From positions 76,999 through 140,998 of the forward strand of contig MTON01000024.1 in assembly GCA_002010665.1 (NCBI GenBank): a DNA stretch of 64,000 bases, written 5' to 3'. This document shows positions 48,119 to 56,962 of this stretch, in pieces (position 1 is the stretch's first letter; each line of letters begins with the position of its first letter). The notes below the pieces were generated by a model. The model was not told the origin of the DNA. It ran no database searches and worked only from the letters and a program-made list of their open reading frames with translations. Made by a program: the position numbers and the translations under genes. The stretch is from Candidatus Aminicenantes bacterium JdFR-78. Lineage in GTDB: Bacteria; Acidobacteriota; Aminicenantia; JdFR-78.

Positions 48119-49183
48119 ATGAAAAAAATTATTAAAGGAAGGTCAAAGAAAATTGGTTTACCTCCAGGAACATTAGTTCATATAGGGGATAAGAAGATGG
48201 ATAAAGTGAAAATTATTGTAGTTGAATATAATAAATCACAATACAATGAGAGAGAAGTGGAAAATATTGAAAAAATTTTTCCAATAAAAGGCAAAAATAC
48301 TACAACATGGGTCAATATAACAGGGATTTCTCAGATAAAAATTGTGGAGGAAATTGGTAGGCGATTGGACCTCCATCCTCTTATATTGGAAGATATTGTA
48401 AATACAGACCAGAGATCTAAAGTAGAAAGTTTTGAAGATTATATATTCATAGTACTGAAAATTCCTTTCTATGAAGAACAAAGTAGCGAAATAAGAATAG
48501 AACAAGTGAGTTTTGTACTTGGTTCAAATTTTGTTATTTCATTCCAAGAAATTGAAAATCCCATTTTTAATCCAATTAAGGAAAGAATAAGGAATCCAAA
48601 ATCCTTTATTAGAAAAAATGGAGCTGATTATCTCGCTTACTGTTTAATAGATGTGATAATTGATAATCATTTCTCTATTATAGAAAATCTTGAAAAGGAT
48701 ATTGAGAATATAGAGGAAAATTTATTAATAAATCCATCAAAAGAAACTTTACAGAATATTCATAAACTTAAAAGAGAGATAATTTTTTTACGGAATTCAG
48801 TATGGCCTTTAAGGGAAGTAATTAATAATCTTGAAAGAGCTGAATCAAAATTAATTAAAAAAACTACAGGAATATATCTAAGAGATGCATATGACCACAC
48901 AATCCAGGTAATTGAGAGTATAGAGACTTTAAGGGAAATGATAACAGGAATGCTTGATGTTTATCTTTCAAGTGTGAGCAATCAATTAAATAAAATAATG
49001 ATGTTACTAACCGTTATAGGAACAATATTTATTCCTCTTACATTCATAACCGGAATTTATGGAATGAACTTTAAATATATGCCCGAGTTATACTGGAAAT
49101 GGAGTTACCCACTGGTCCTTCTTATCATGTTAATAATAGGTGCCCTAATGCTGGTTTATTTCAAAAGAAAGAAATGGTTCTAA
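48119..49183 (+). CDS. corA: Magnesium/cobalt transporter CorA
   Basis: Two C-terminal TM helices with YGMNF. ATG 48119 is preceded by GAGGTG; the track starts at 48056. Confidence 0.9.
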   Translation: MKKIIKGRSKKIGLPPGTLVHIGDKKMDKVKIIVVEYNKSQYNEREVENIEKIFPIKGKNTTTWVNITGISQIKIVEEIGRRLDLHPLILEDIVNTDQRSKVESFEDYIFIVLKIPFYEEQSSEIRIEQVSFVLGSNFVISFQEIENPIFNPIKERIRNPKSFIRKNGADYLAYCLIDVIIDNHFSIIENLEKDIENIEENLLINPSKETLQNIHKLKREIIFLRNSVWPLREVINNLERAESKLIKKTTGIYLRDAYDHTIQVIESIETLREMITGMLDVYLSSVSNQLNKIMMLLTVIGTIFIPLTFITGIYGMNFKYMPELYWKWSYPLVLLIMLIIGALMLVYFKRKKWF

Positions 49184-49196
49184 AATAATTTCTATC

Positions 49197-50429
49197 ATGA
49201 ATAGTAAAAAAAGAAAGATGGGGCTTTTATCCGTGATTTCAATAGGAATAGGTGTAATGATAGGTGCAGGTATTTTTTCAATCATAGGAATTGGGTGTCA
49301 GATTGCTGGTAATGCTGTGTATTTAGGATTTATTATAGCAGGTATAATTGCATTATTGAGTAGTTATTCCTATGCTAAACTTGGAACTAAGTATCCTTCT
49401 ATGGATTGGATATATTTTTGCTCTTTCTCTTTATGCCAGGGCTTTTGGGGCCTATGCCATGACTTTTTTCAATAATGTTCCTGATTATTAGCTGAATTTA
49501 TTCATAACAGGAATAATAATCGTTTTTGTTGGGTCAATTTCATTGCAGCAAGATTTATGGGTTCAATAGAATTTCTTATAGTTGCAATAAAATCAGTATC
49601 CTGGTGTTCTTTTAAATAACTGACTCTTTTTCTGTCAAATCTCATTTTTTATCCATATCTTTATGGCCTTCTATAAACAATATATTTTTCTCAGCAGGGG
49701 TATTTTTTCTTGCTTATAAGGGATTTGGTTTAATTGCTAATGCTGCAGAGGATGTAAGAGATCCAAAAAGAACTTTATCGAAAACGCTGTATTTAAGTAT
49801 TGCGGTTGTTATTATAATTTATGTTGATGTTTCTTTAACAATAATTGGAAATTTAGCAATTCCTGAAATAATAAAAGCAAAGGATTATGCACTCGCAGAA
49901 GCAGCAAAGCCTTTTTTAGGATTGATTGGATTTAAAATTATGGCAATTGCAGCTTTTTTTCCCTTCTTCCGCAATAAATGCAACTTTATATGGTGGGACA
50001 AATATAAGTTATTTAATGGCTAAAGAAGAAGAACTCTCTGTATTTTTTCAAAGAAAAATATAGGAAGAAAAATGTTGAGGGACTTTTTATTCCTGGAGGA
50101 TCAGTGATTTTGATTGCAAATTTTATTGACTTGAGTAGAATATTGATGCTTGGACTGTTTGTTTCCTTTTAATTTATGGAGCTGTTAATACAGCCCATTT
50201 ATTTCTATTCAGAAGGACCAAGGCAAATCCCTTTTTAGTTGGATTGTCTATTTCTGGATGTTTCTTTATATTTGGGGTCTTAATTTATTTTTTACTGAGA
50301 AATTCTCCACCCACGTTGATTGTTTTTATTATTGTTTTAATATTATCCTTTTCTATTGAATGGATATATGGAAGATATCCTAAGAGGAAATTGAGAACGC
50401 GTAAGAAGAGTTTATTTAAATTTATTTAA
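49197..50429 (+). pseudogene. APC-family amino acid permease, degraded by multiple frameshifts and stops
   Basis: An intact N-terminus (SVISIGIGVMIGAGIFSIIG...YAKLGTKYPS) is followed by permease-like segments in other frames. Examples are WIGYIFALSLYARAFGAYAMTFF and FFLAYKGFGLIANAAEDVRDPKRTLSKTLYLSIAVVIIIYV. The last TM helices lie in the 50244..50429 ORF. At least five frame changes are needed to join the pieces. Confidence 0.75.
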
Positions 50430-50435
50430 AAGGTA

Positions 50436-50509
50436 TGGCTGGGAAGCAGGGACTCGAACCCCGATTCTGCGGTCCAGAGCCGCATGTCCTACCATTGGAC
50501 GACTTCCCA
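50436..50509 (-). tRNA. tRNA-Gln (anticodon CUG), CCA encoded
   Basis: Hand fold of the minus strand: TGGGAAG-TC-GTCC-AATGGTA-GGAC-A-TGCGG-CTCTGGA-CCGCA-GAAT-CGGGG-TTCGAGT-CCCTG-CTTCCCA-G-CCA. The cloverleaf is 74 nt with a GTTCGAGT T-loop. The layout parallels E. coli tRNA-Gln. Confidence 0.9.
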
Positions 50510-50520
50510 GCTCAATAACT

Positions 50521-50548
50521 ATTATAAAAAGGACTTGAGAAAAGTCAA
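50521..50548 (-). promoter_or_regulatory. Sigma-70-type promoter of tRNA-Gln
   Basis: The minus strand reads TTGACT, a 16-nt spacer, then TATAAT. The -10 box ends 11 nt before the mature 5' end. Confidence 0.55.
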
Positions 50549-50636
50549 GAGCTGGAAAAAACTGGATTATGGAAATGTATTTCAAAAGTGTTACTTTTTT
50601 ACACATTCTAATTAAGAAGATAAATATTCTGATATG

Positions 50637-50665
50637 TTGATATGTGGTAACTTATTTAATATCAA
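50637..50665. promoter_or_regulatory. Inverted repeat TTGATAT-N15-ATATCAA; candidate enhancer-binding-protein site
   Basis: A 7-bp perfect inverted repeat about 30-60 bp upstream of the sigma-54 element. A tandem GATATGT(T/G) lies beside it. Confidence 0.3.
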
Positions 50666-50696
50666 TTAAATAAAATCGATAGGCGATTATAATAAA

Positions 50697-50712
50697 TGGC
50701 ACAAAAATTGCA
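50697..50712 (+). promoter_or_regulatory. Sigma-54 (-24/-12) promoter of the minor-pilin operon
   Basis: TGGCAC-AAAAA-TTGCA matches the TGGCAC-N5-TTGCA consensus exactly. It lies 26 nt upstream of ATG 50738. Confidence 0.7.
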
Positions 50713-50737
50713 TAAGAAAAAGTGGAAGGAATAAGAT

Positions 50738-51241
50738 ATGAAGAAAGGATTTACACTAATTGAGATTTTGGTAATATTAGCAATTGTTGGTATTTTGATT
50801 GTATTGGGTTATCCGTCGATTAAAACAAGTTGGGAGATAAGAAAACTGGATGATAGTGCGAGGGAAATTCTTGCCACATTACAGAGAGCTAAATTTCAAG
50901 CTGTTAAGACAAAGACAATTCACTGTGTAATTTTTGATTCAACACAAAATACATATACCTTAAGCATTTATGATTACACTAATAATCGGTGGACGCCTAT
51001 AGAAAGAAAAGTTCTTTCTTCTCCTGTCAATTTTTTGATTATAAATCTTCCTGATCCAGATAATTTAGGAGCAATTGATACAGTTAATCAGGTTATCTTT
51101 GATTCTTTGGGATTTGCTGATAGACAAGGTTCTATTACAATCCAAAATCCTAATTTAACCAATTACACAGGGGTGGAAGATCTTAGATTGATTAGAATAA
51201 TGATAGGAGGGTCAATTGATATTATTAAACAAGAATCATAA
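50738..51241 (+). CDS. FimT/GspH-like minor pilin (prepilin-type N-terminal methylation domain)
   Basis: MKKGFTLIEILVILAIVGIL class III signal, followed by ..ARE.LA.LQRAKFQAV as in the FimT/FimU/GspH family. Confidence 0.8.
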   Translation: MKKGFTLIEILVILAIVGILIVLGYPSIKTSWEIRKLDDSAREILATLQRAKFQAVKTKTIHCVIFDSTQNTYTLSIYDYTNNRWTPIERKVLSSPVNFLIINLPDPDNLGAIDTVNQVIFDSLGFADRQGSITIQNPNLTNYTGVEDLRLIRIMIGGSIDIIKQES

Positions 51242-51638
51242 AAAAGAAAAAGGGTTTTCTTTACTTGAAACATTAGTGGCTCTTTTTCTTTTAGCTATTG
51301 CATTACTTGCTATTGCTCAACTTTTTATATTAGGAATTTTAAATAATGCTCAATCGGATGTTATGACAAATGCCAATTTTCTTGCTCAACAGCAAATTGA
51401 TTTTTTAAGAAACCTTGATCTAAATAATTTAAATAACTTAATGGCAAACTCACCTATTACGGAAGATTTAGACATTAATGGAGATAATAGGGCTGATTAT
51501 AGAAGAGTTACAGACATTAGCCTATTCCAAGGTCAATCAGCACAATTTCTTATTAGAGTGAGAATTTTCTCTACATTAAATCCAATGGGTGACCCAAATA
51601 GACCAAAAGTTGACTTAAGAACCATAATATCTCGGTGA
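51216..51638 (+). CDS. pilV: PilV-like minor pilin
   Basis: KGFSLLETLVALFLLAIALLAIAQL. The TTG start is preceded by GGAGG with a 5-nt spacer. Confidence 0.75.
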   Translation: MILLNKNHKKEKGFSLLETLVALFLLAIALLAIAQLFILGILNNAQSDVMTNANFLAQQQIDFLRNLDLNNLNNLMANSPITEDLDINGDNRADYRRVTDISLFQGQSAQFLIRVRIFSTLNPMGDPNRPKVDLRTIISR

Positions 51639-51658
51639 ATTTATAGGAGAGGATAAAA

Positions 51659-52744
51659 ATGAGTAAAGAAAAGGGTTTTACTTTAATAGAAATATTAGTT
51701 GCAACAGCTGTATTAGTAATCTTTATAGTTGGTGCTCTTGGTTTATATATAAGAAGTCATAAAATTTCAGTTGACCAACAACAACTGGCTCAAATGCAAC
51801 ATGATGTTCGGTCAGCAATGTTTTTTATCTCAAGAGATGTAAGATCAGCAGGTGTTGGACTTCCGATTGAATTTGCTGGATACTTCTTAGAAGGGGTGGA
51901 TAATGAAAATCAGGGTGGAGATGTAAGACCTGATAGATTAAAAATAATGGGGAATTTGGAAGACCCGATTTTATTGAGAATAACAGATTATGGAGCAGGA
52001 GTAGGAGGAGGAGCAGCTAATGTTCCTCTTGAGGACTTTAGTTTTGAAAAATTTCCATACCCAGATGATTTTTATGTGGGAAAATTGGTTCTTATTCTAA
52101 CTAATACTGAAGCAGGTTGCCCTTTGGCTGGAGAAATTCGACAGATAACACATGTAACCCATAACCCTTCAGGAACAAATGAAAGGCTTAATTTTTCTCC
52201 AGGTTTAGCTCCTGGAGTCAATCCACCTGGAGGATTAAACCCCGAAGGAGTTGATAATAACTGCTTTGATGGAGGTCCTGTAGTTATCATAAATGTAAAA
52301 GAATATTGGCTTGATGTTACAGGTAATTACCCGGGTTTGACTGCAGGTCAAAATGGTTATATTGGGAATGGAGAAGGTGGAATTTTATATTTAACAGAAA
52401 ACGGTGTACATTATCCTTTAGCTCGTAATATTGAAAATTTACAATTTCAATATAATGGAGATTGGGACAACGATGGCAATCTTGATGGGTTTACTGATTG
52501 GCAAACAAGCTGGACATTGGAAGATATTGCAAAAATCCGTCAGGTCAGAATATGGATACTTGGCAAAACAGAGAAGCCTTTTATCGGTGTTTCAGGAACT
52601 GCACCTCAAAACATGCCACTTATATATCAAAGACCGCCTATAGCAAATAGTCCTGGCTCTCAAACAGTAGATAGACATCGAAGGTTTTTACTTGAAACAA
52701 CAGTTAATATAAGGAACTTATCACTTAGTGTATATAATCTTTAA
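51659..52744 (+). CDS. pilW: PilW-like minor pilin
   Basis: KGFTLIEILVATAVL... followed by ...DVRSAMFFISRDVRSAG as in PilW. Confidence 0.75.
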   Translation: MSKEKGFTLIEILVATAVLVIFIVGALGLYIRSHKISVDQQQLAQMQHDVRSAMFFISRDVRSAGVGLPIEFAGYFLEGVDNENQGGDVRPDRLKIMGNLEDPILLRITDYGAGVGGGAANVPLEDFSFEKFPYPDDFYVGKLVLILTNTEAGCPLAGEIRQITHVTHNPSGTNERLNFSPGLAPGVNPPGGLNPEGVDNNCFDGGPVVIINVKEYWLDVTGNYPGLTAGQNGYIGNGEGGILYLTENGVHYPLARNIENLQFQYNGDWDNDGNLDGFTDWQTSWTLEDIAKIRQVRIWILGKTEKPFIGVSGTAPQNMPLIYQRPPIANSPGSQTVDRHRRFLLETTVNIRNLSLSVYNL

Positions 52745-52757
52745 GGAGAGTATGTAA

Positions 52758-53315
52758 ATGAAAAATAAAGGTTCAGCTTTAATTATTGCAATATTAATGA
52801 TTGCTTTTTTAGCAAGTGCAGGAATCCTTTTGATATTGGTTACTACAACTGGTCCGAGAGTAGCAAGTAATATTAGGCTTCAGGAAGAAGCTTTTAATGC
52901 AGCTGAAGCTGGATTTGATGCTGCTTGGGCTGTAATTGAGAATTTTTTTGAAACTGAACAATGGGCGAGTTTTGATGGCCATTATTTAACAACAGATAAA
53001 AACGGGAATAATATAGATACTCCATGGATAAATGGAGAAGTAAATCCCTATTATTTTCGAAGATTAAGTGATGAAGAACTCCTAAATGCTCTTGAAGGGC
53101 TTCAGCCTGAACCGACCACTCCAGGATTAATTTTTAATAGACAAACTTTTATTCAAGACAATCAAAATTATACCTATACAGTATTTTTAATAGACGATGA
53201 AGCAGGAAGTGGGACATCTGATCCCACTGATGCACTTTTAGTTTGTATTGGAACTGGGCCAGGAAATACAACAAAAAGATTAGAAATTGAAATATATGTA
53301 GAAATACAAAGTTAA
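52758..53315 (+). CDS. pilX: PilX-like pilus assembly protein
   Basis: KGSALIIAILMIAFLASAG...EEAFNAAEAGFDAA is the PilX N-terminal domain pattern. Confidence 0.65.
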   Translation: MKNKGSALIIAILMIAFLASAGILLILVTTTGPRVASNIRLQEEAFNAAEAGFDAAWAVIENFFETEQWASFDGHYLTTDKNGNNIDTPWINGEVNPYYFRRLSDEELLNALEGLQPEPTTPGLIFNRQTFIQDNQNYTYTVFLIDDEAGSGTSDPTDALLVCIGTGPGNTTKRLEIEIYVEIQS

Positions 53316-53335
53316 AGCTTTATATGGAGGATAAA

Positions 53336-56300
53336 ATGACTAAAAAAAGAAAAATATTTCTTTTAATAATTCCAGTAAGCATAATTCTAGTTTTTGCTTT
53401 TAAGTTTCTAGCCCAAAATGAATGTATAGAATATAATGCAACTTTTATTGAAAGCTTTGATAATACAACGTATAAGGATTTTCAAAATTCCTCAGTTGCT
53501 CATTGGGGTGATGGATACATTACTTTAAATAGACTGGGTGCCCAGTTTGAAGTAGCATCACCTACAGGAATGGGTGCAAAAATTTATGTATGTGATGCAG
53601 GAGATTTTGATGGAGATGGCTATCCTGATTTAATTGGTTTGGATATAGCTAATAATTATCGATTGATACTTATACGAAATTATTATGAAGATCTTGATGG
53701 AGATGGACAAGATGATGACGGAGTGATCTTTTATATAGATGAAAATGAAGTTTATGATTGGGGTTTAACGGTAGGACCTGCTTCAATTACAGTAGCTGAT
53801 TACAATAATGATGGATTATTAGACTTCTTTTTCTATAAAAATAGAAGAGACGAATTTGGATATACAGAATTTGTAGCAGCAATGTATATAAATATTGGAA
53901 CATCGACTGATCCTGATTTTCGTAGATATTTTGAAGCTCCTAATTTAAATTTTACAGATAGATTTATGGAAGCTGGAATTTATTGTAATTGGGCAGCAGA
54001 TCATTTAAGTTCAATAGATATAGATAATGACGGTGATATAGATGTTTTGGTTATTAGCCAAGATAAAATATTCCTCGTAAGAAACCCTGGACCTCAAAAT
54101 TTCGACCTTAATAATTTCGAAATTTCTGAGCTCAATTATAATCAAAGAACAGGTTTTACCATAGGAAGAGGAGGTTCTTCAATAGATGCTGCTGATTTTG
54201 ATAATGATGGAGATATTGACATTGTAGGAGGCACAGTAAATGATATCGCTTATTTAGTATATTACGAAAATGATGGAACAGGATATTTCACTCGTAGTGA
54301 AATTCCAATTCCAAATCCTGACGCTACAGGAACAGTTGCAACATGTGTAGCTGATTTTAATTTGGATGGTTTTATAGATATATTTGGTGCTACTGATAGA
54401 TGGAATGCAGGAAATGAAGCTCGAATGTGGATTTTTAAAAATATAAATGGCACAGAATTTCAATTTAGATGTTTAAATGGATGTAATCCTATTTTACCTC
54501 CTCCTCACGATGTTGATATGAGCGCTTGTCTGGACTATGATCAAGATGGTGATATGGATGTGATTTTAGCAGATGCTAATCATTCCGGAGATTATTATTT
54601 GATAATTAATCAGTTAGCACCAGTTTATACATTGACAGGAATTGCTCAATCAACAAATTTAAGTGATCAATTAAATCCAGAGCAATATGCAATTACAAAG
54701 GTTAGATTTACTTCTCTCCAGCAAACATGGAGGGGAACGTATTCAAGTGATGGATTAAGAATTGATTATTATGTTTCAAATGACAATGGAAGAAATTGGG
54801 AATTTTATGCTTCTTTCATTGGTGACGAGATTCGAAATCAAACAAATCTTCCATGGCATACATTTCATCATTTTGGCTCTCAGCTTAAATGGAAGGCGAT
54901 TCTATCAGCCCCGGATGACAATATGGTTGATTATGAAAACGCTTCTTACGAAACACCTGTTATTGGTGAAGTACGGATTGAATATGTTTATGTGGATAAA
55001 AGAGAGTACTCTCGCACTTCTGTAGCTGCTACAACAGTAGAAATAAATGGAGAGACTAAAAAATTAATTATAGCTGGAAGTTTCATTTTTCCAGGGTGGG
55101 AAGGACATTTGCGAGCATATGATGTTACTAATATGACAGCTCAAAATACAACATATACAACTTTGAGAACAATTAGTAGGTCAGATTTATCTTCTCCCAC
55201 AGGGAGAGAGATTGTTGCTCAAAATGTGCAAATTTTATGGGATGCAGGAGAATTATTAGCTTCTCGCTCCCCAGATACTAGAAATATTTATACTGCAGTT
55301 TTTCAAGAATCTTCTTTTACAAGAATTGATTTTTCTGCAGATAATGTTGATGTATTAGGTCCAATTTTACAGGATGTAAATAATGATAATGTAGGTCTTA
55401 TAAATTTTATAAGAGGAGAGGGTAGAGATTGGAAATTAGGAGATATAAATCATTCCAATCCCATTGTGGTAGGACCTCCTGAAGGTGTTTCATCATTAAT
55501 GGGACCAGGATATGATACATTTAAACAGACTTGGGCAAATAGACCTAAGGTGGTTTATGTAGGTGCAAATGATGGGATGTTACATTGTTTCGATGCTCGA
55601 ACAGGTGAAGAATTATGGGCTTTTATTCCTTATAATCTTCTTCCAAAATTGAGAAATATGTGGGCTGTTGATCCAAATACAGGAGAAAGATATTTTAATA
55701 GAGATGTATATGTTGATGGTAGTCCTACAGTAGCAGATGTATATATTAATGGGGAATGGAGAACTGTTTTAATTTGCGGGCAAGGTCCAGGAAAAGGTAG
55801 TAGTATAGGAGGTTGTCAATGTGGACAAGGAAATTGCCCAAACGAATCAGAAAAAAGAAATTATTATTTTGCCTTAGATATTACGGATCCTTATAATCCT
55901 CAACCTTTATGGGAATTTACTGATAGTAAGTTAGGTGAAACTTGGTCTGTACCTGCAATTGGCAAAATTAGAAAAGACGGTAAAGATGTTTGGGTTGCTT
56001 TTGTCGGATCAGGATATGATAATGATGACGACCCACGCAATTATATAGGAAATTATTTTTATGCAATAGATATTGAAGATGGATGGCATTATTTCTGGAG
56101 ATTTGAAGCACCCGAGGTAGATACCACAGCGGAAAATGGTTTTAATATCCAAAATACAATTCCTGGTTCACCCTCAATAATTGATATAAATAGTGATGGA
56201 TATGCGGATAGAGTATATGTTGGTGATTTAGATGGCAGAATATGGAAGATTAATGTTAGTATAGAATTCAGACAGTTAAGGAGGAGAAGAACAACATGGC

Positions 56301-56962
56301 AAGCAGAGATAATTTATGAAGATTCAAATAATTATCCAATAATAAGTAAACCAACAGCCTGGATAAATCCATATTCTCAGAGCACTATTCCACGTATTTA
56401 TTTCGGAACAGGAGGAGATGATAATGCACCTTCAGACGTTACCTATTCTTTCATAGCATTAATGGATAATGAAGCAAGCAGGCAAGAAAATAGGGTAGAA
56501 TGGTTTATAGGAGATCCAACTATTTTAAATCTTCCTGCATCAAAGGATAGGGGTGACTTAGCAGTAGGAGAAAAAGTTTGGTCTGATCCTCAAGTAGCTA
56601 ATTACATTGTCTATTTTAATACTCTGTCAGGAAGTATCGAAAGTGTTAATCCATGTGAAAATCTTGCTGGAATGGGAAAATTATATGCAAGATTTGTCCA
56701 ATCTGTTGCTGGAAGCACTATTGGAGGTACAGCATTTACAGGACCATCAGGACCTCCAGAAAGCTTAACTCTTGCATCAAAGACAAGATCTGCTGTGACA
56801 TTAGGAGAAAGAATAAGAACCTCAGGAGGAGCAAGAAAGAGGGAAGTTTATATCCAGGAATATGATTCGACTATACAGAAATTAGAACAACCAATTGGAG
56901 CTATTCTAAAAGTAAGGTCTTGGAGAGAAATATTCAAAATTATTAGGAATCCATATTTATAA
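53336..56962 (+). CDS. pilY1: PilY1-like pilus tip-associated protein with an N-terminal FG-GAP/VCBS repeat module
   Basis: Six D.D.DG..D loops: DFDGDGYPD, DYNNDGLLD, DIDNDGDID, DFDNDGDID, DFNLDGFID and DYDQDGDMD. The C-terminal region carries the PilY1-type Ca-site IDINSDGYADRVYVGDLDGRIWKI. ATG 53336 follows GGAGG-N5; the track starts at 53324. Confidence 0.8.
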   Translation: MTKKRKIFLLIIPVSIILVFAFKFLAQNECIEYNATFIESFDNTTYKDFQNSSVAHWGDGYITLNRLGAQFEVASPTGMGAKIYVCDAGDFDGDGYPDLIGLDIANNYRLILIRNYYEDLDGDGQDDDGVIFYIDENEVYDWGLTVGPASITVADYNNDGLLDFFFYKNRRDEFGYTEFVAAMYINIGTSTDPDFRRYFEAPNLNFTDRFMEAGIYCNWAADHLSSIDIDNDGDIDVLVISQDKIFLVRNPGPQNFDLNNFEISELNYNQRTGFTIGRGGSSIDAADFDNDGDIDIVGGTVNDIAYLVYYENDGTGYFTRSEIPIPNPDATGTVATCVADFNLDGFIDIFGATDRWNAGNEARMWIFKNINGTEFQFRCLNGCNPILPPPHDVDMSACLDYDQDGDMDVILADANHSGDYYLIINQLAPVYTLTGIAQSTNLSDQLNPEQYAITKVRFTSLQQTWRGTYSSDGLRIDYYVSNDNGRNWEFYASFIGDEIRNQTNLPWHTFHHFGSQLKWKAILSAPDDNMVDYENASYETPVIGEVRIEYVYVDKREYSRTSVAATTVEINGETKKLIIAGSFIFPGWEGHLRAYDVTNMTAQNTTYTTLRTISRSDLSSPTGREIVAQNVQILWDAGELLASRSPDTRNIYTAVFQESSFTRIDFSADNVDVLGPILQDVNNDNVGLINFIRGEGRDWKLGDINHSNPIVVGPPEGVSSLMGPGYDTFKQTWANRPKVVYVGANDGMLHCFDARTGEELWAFIPYNLLPKLRNMWAVDPNTGERYFNRDVYVDGSPTVADVYINGEWRTVLICGQGPGKGSSIGGCQCGQGNCPNESEKRNYYFALDITDPYNPQPLWEFTDSKLGETWSVPAIGKIRKDGKDVWVAFVGSGYDNDDDPRNYIGNYFYAIDIEDGWHYFWRFEAPEVDTTAENGFNIQNTIPGSPSIIDINSDGYADRVYVGDLDGRIWKINVSIEFRQLRRRRTTWQAEIIYEDSNNYPIISKPTAWINPYSQSTIPRIYFGTGGDDNAPSDVTYSFIALMDNEASRQENRVEWFIGDPTILNLPASKDRGDLAVGEKVWSDPQVANYIVYFNTLSGSIESVNPCENLAGMGKLYARFVQSVAGSTIGGTAFTGPSGPPESLTLASKTRSAVTLGERIRTSGGARKREVYIQEYDSTIQKLEQPIGAILKVRSWREIFKIIRNPYL

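Noticed and set aside
50412-50606. ORF 50412..50606(-), 64 aa
   Set aside because: It is read through tRNA-Gln (50436..50509) and its promoter. It is an artefact of the ORF finder.
50430-50740. Genomic-island integration at tRNA-Gln
   Set aside because: There is no integrase, no duplicated tRNA 3' segment and no compositional break visible by eye. The neighbouring pilin operon has its own sigma-54 promoter and looks native.
54254-55025. ORFs 54254..54463(-), 54262..54453(-) and 54762..55025(+) inside pilY1
   Set aside because: They are shadow ORFs within a continuous 1200-aa reading frame that has clear repeat motifs.
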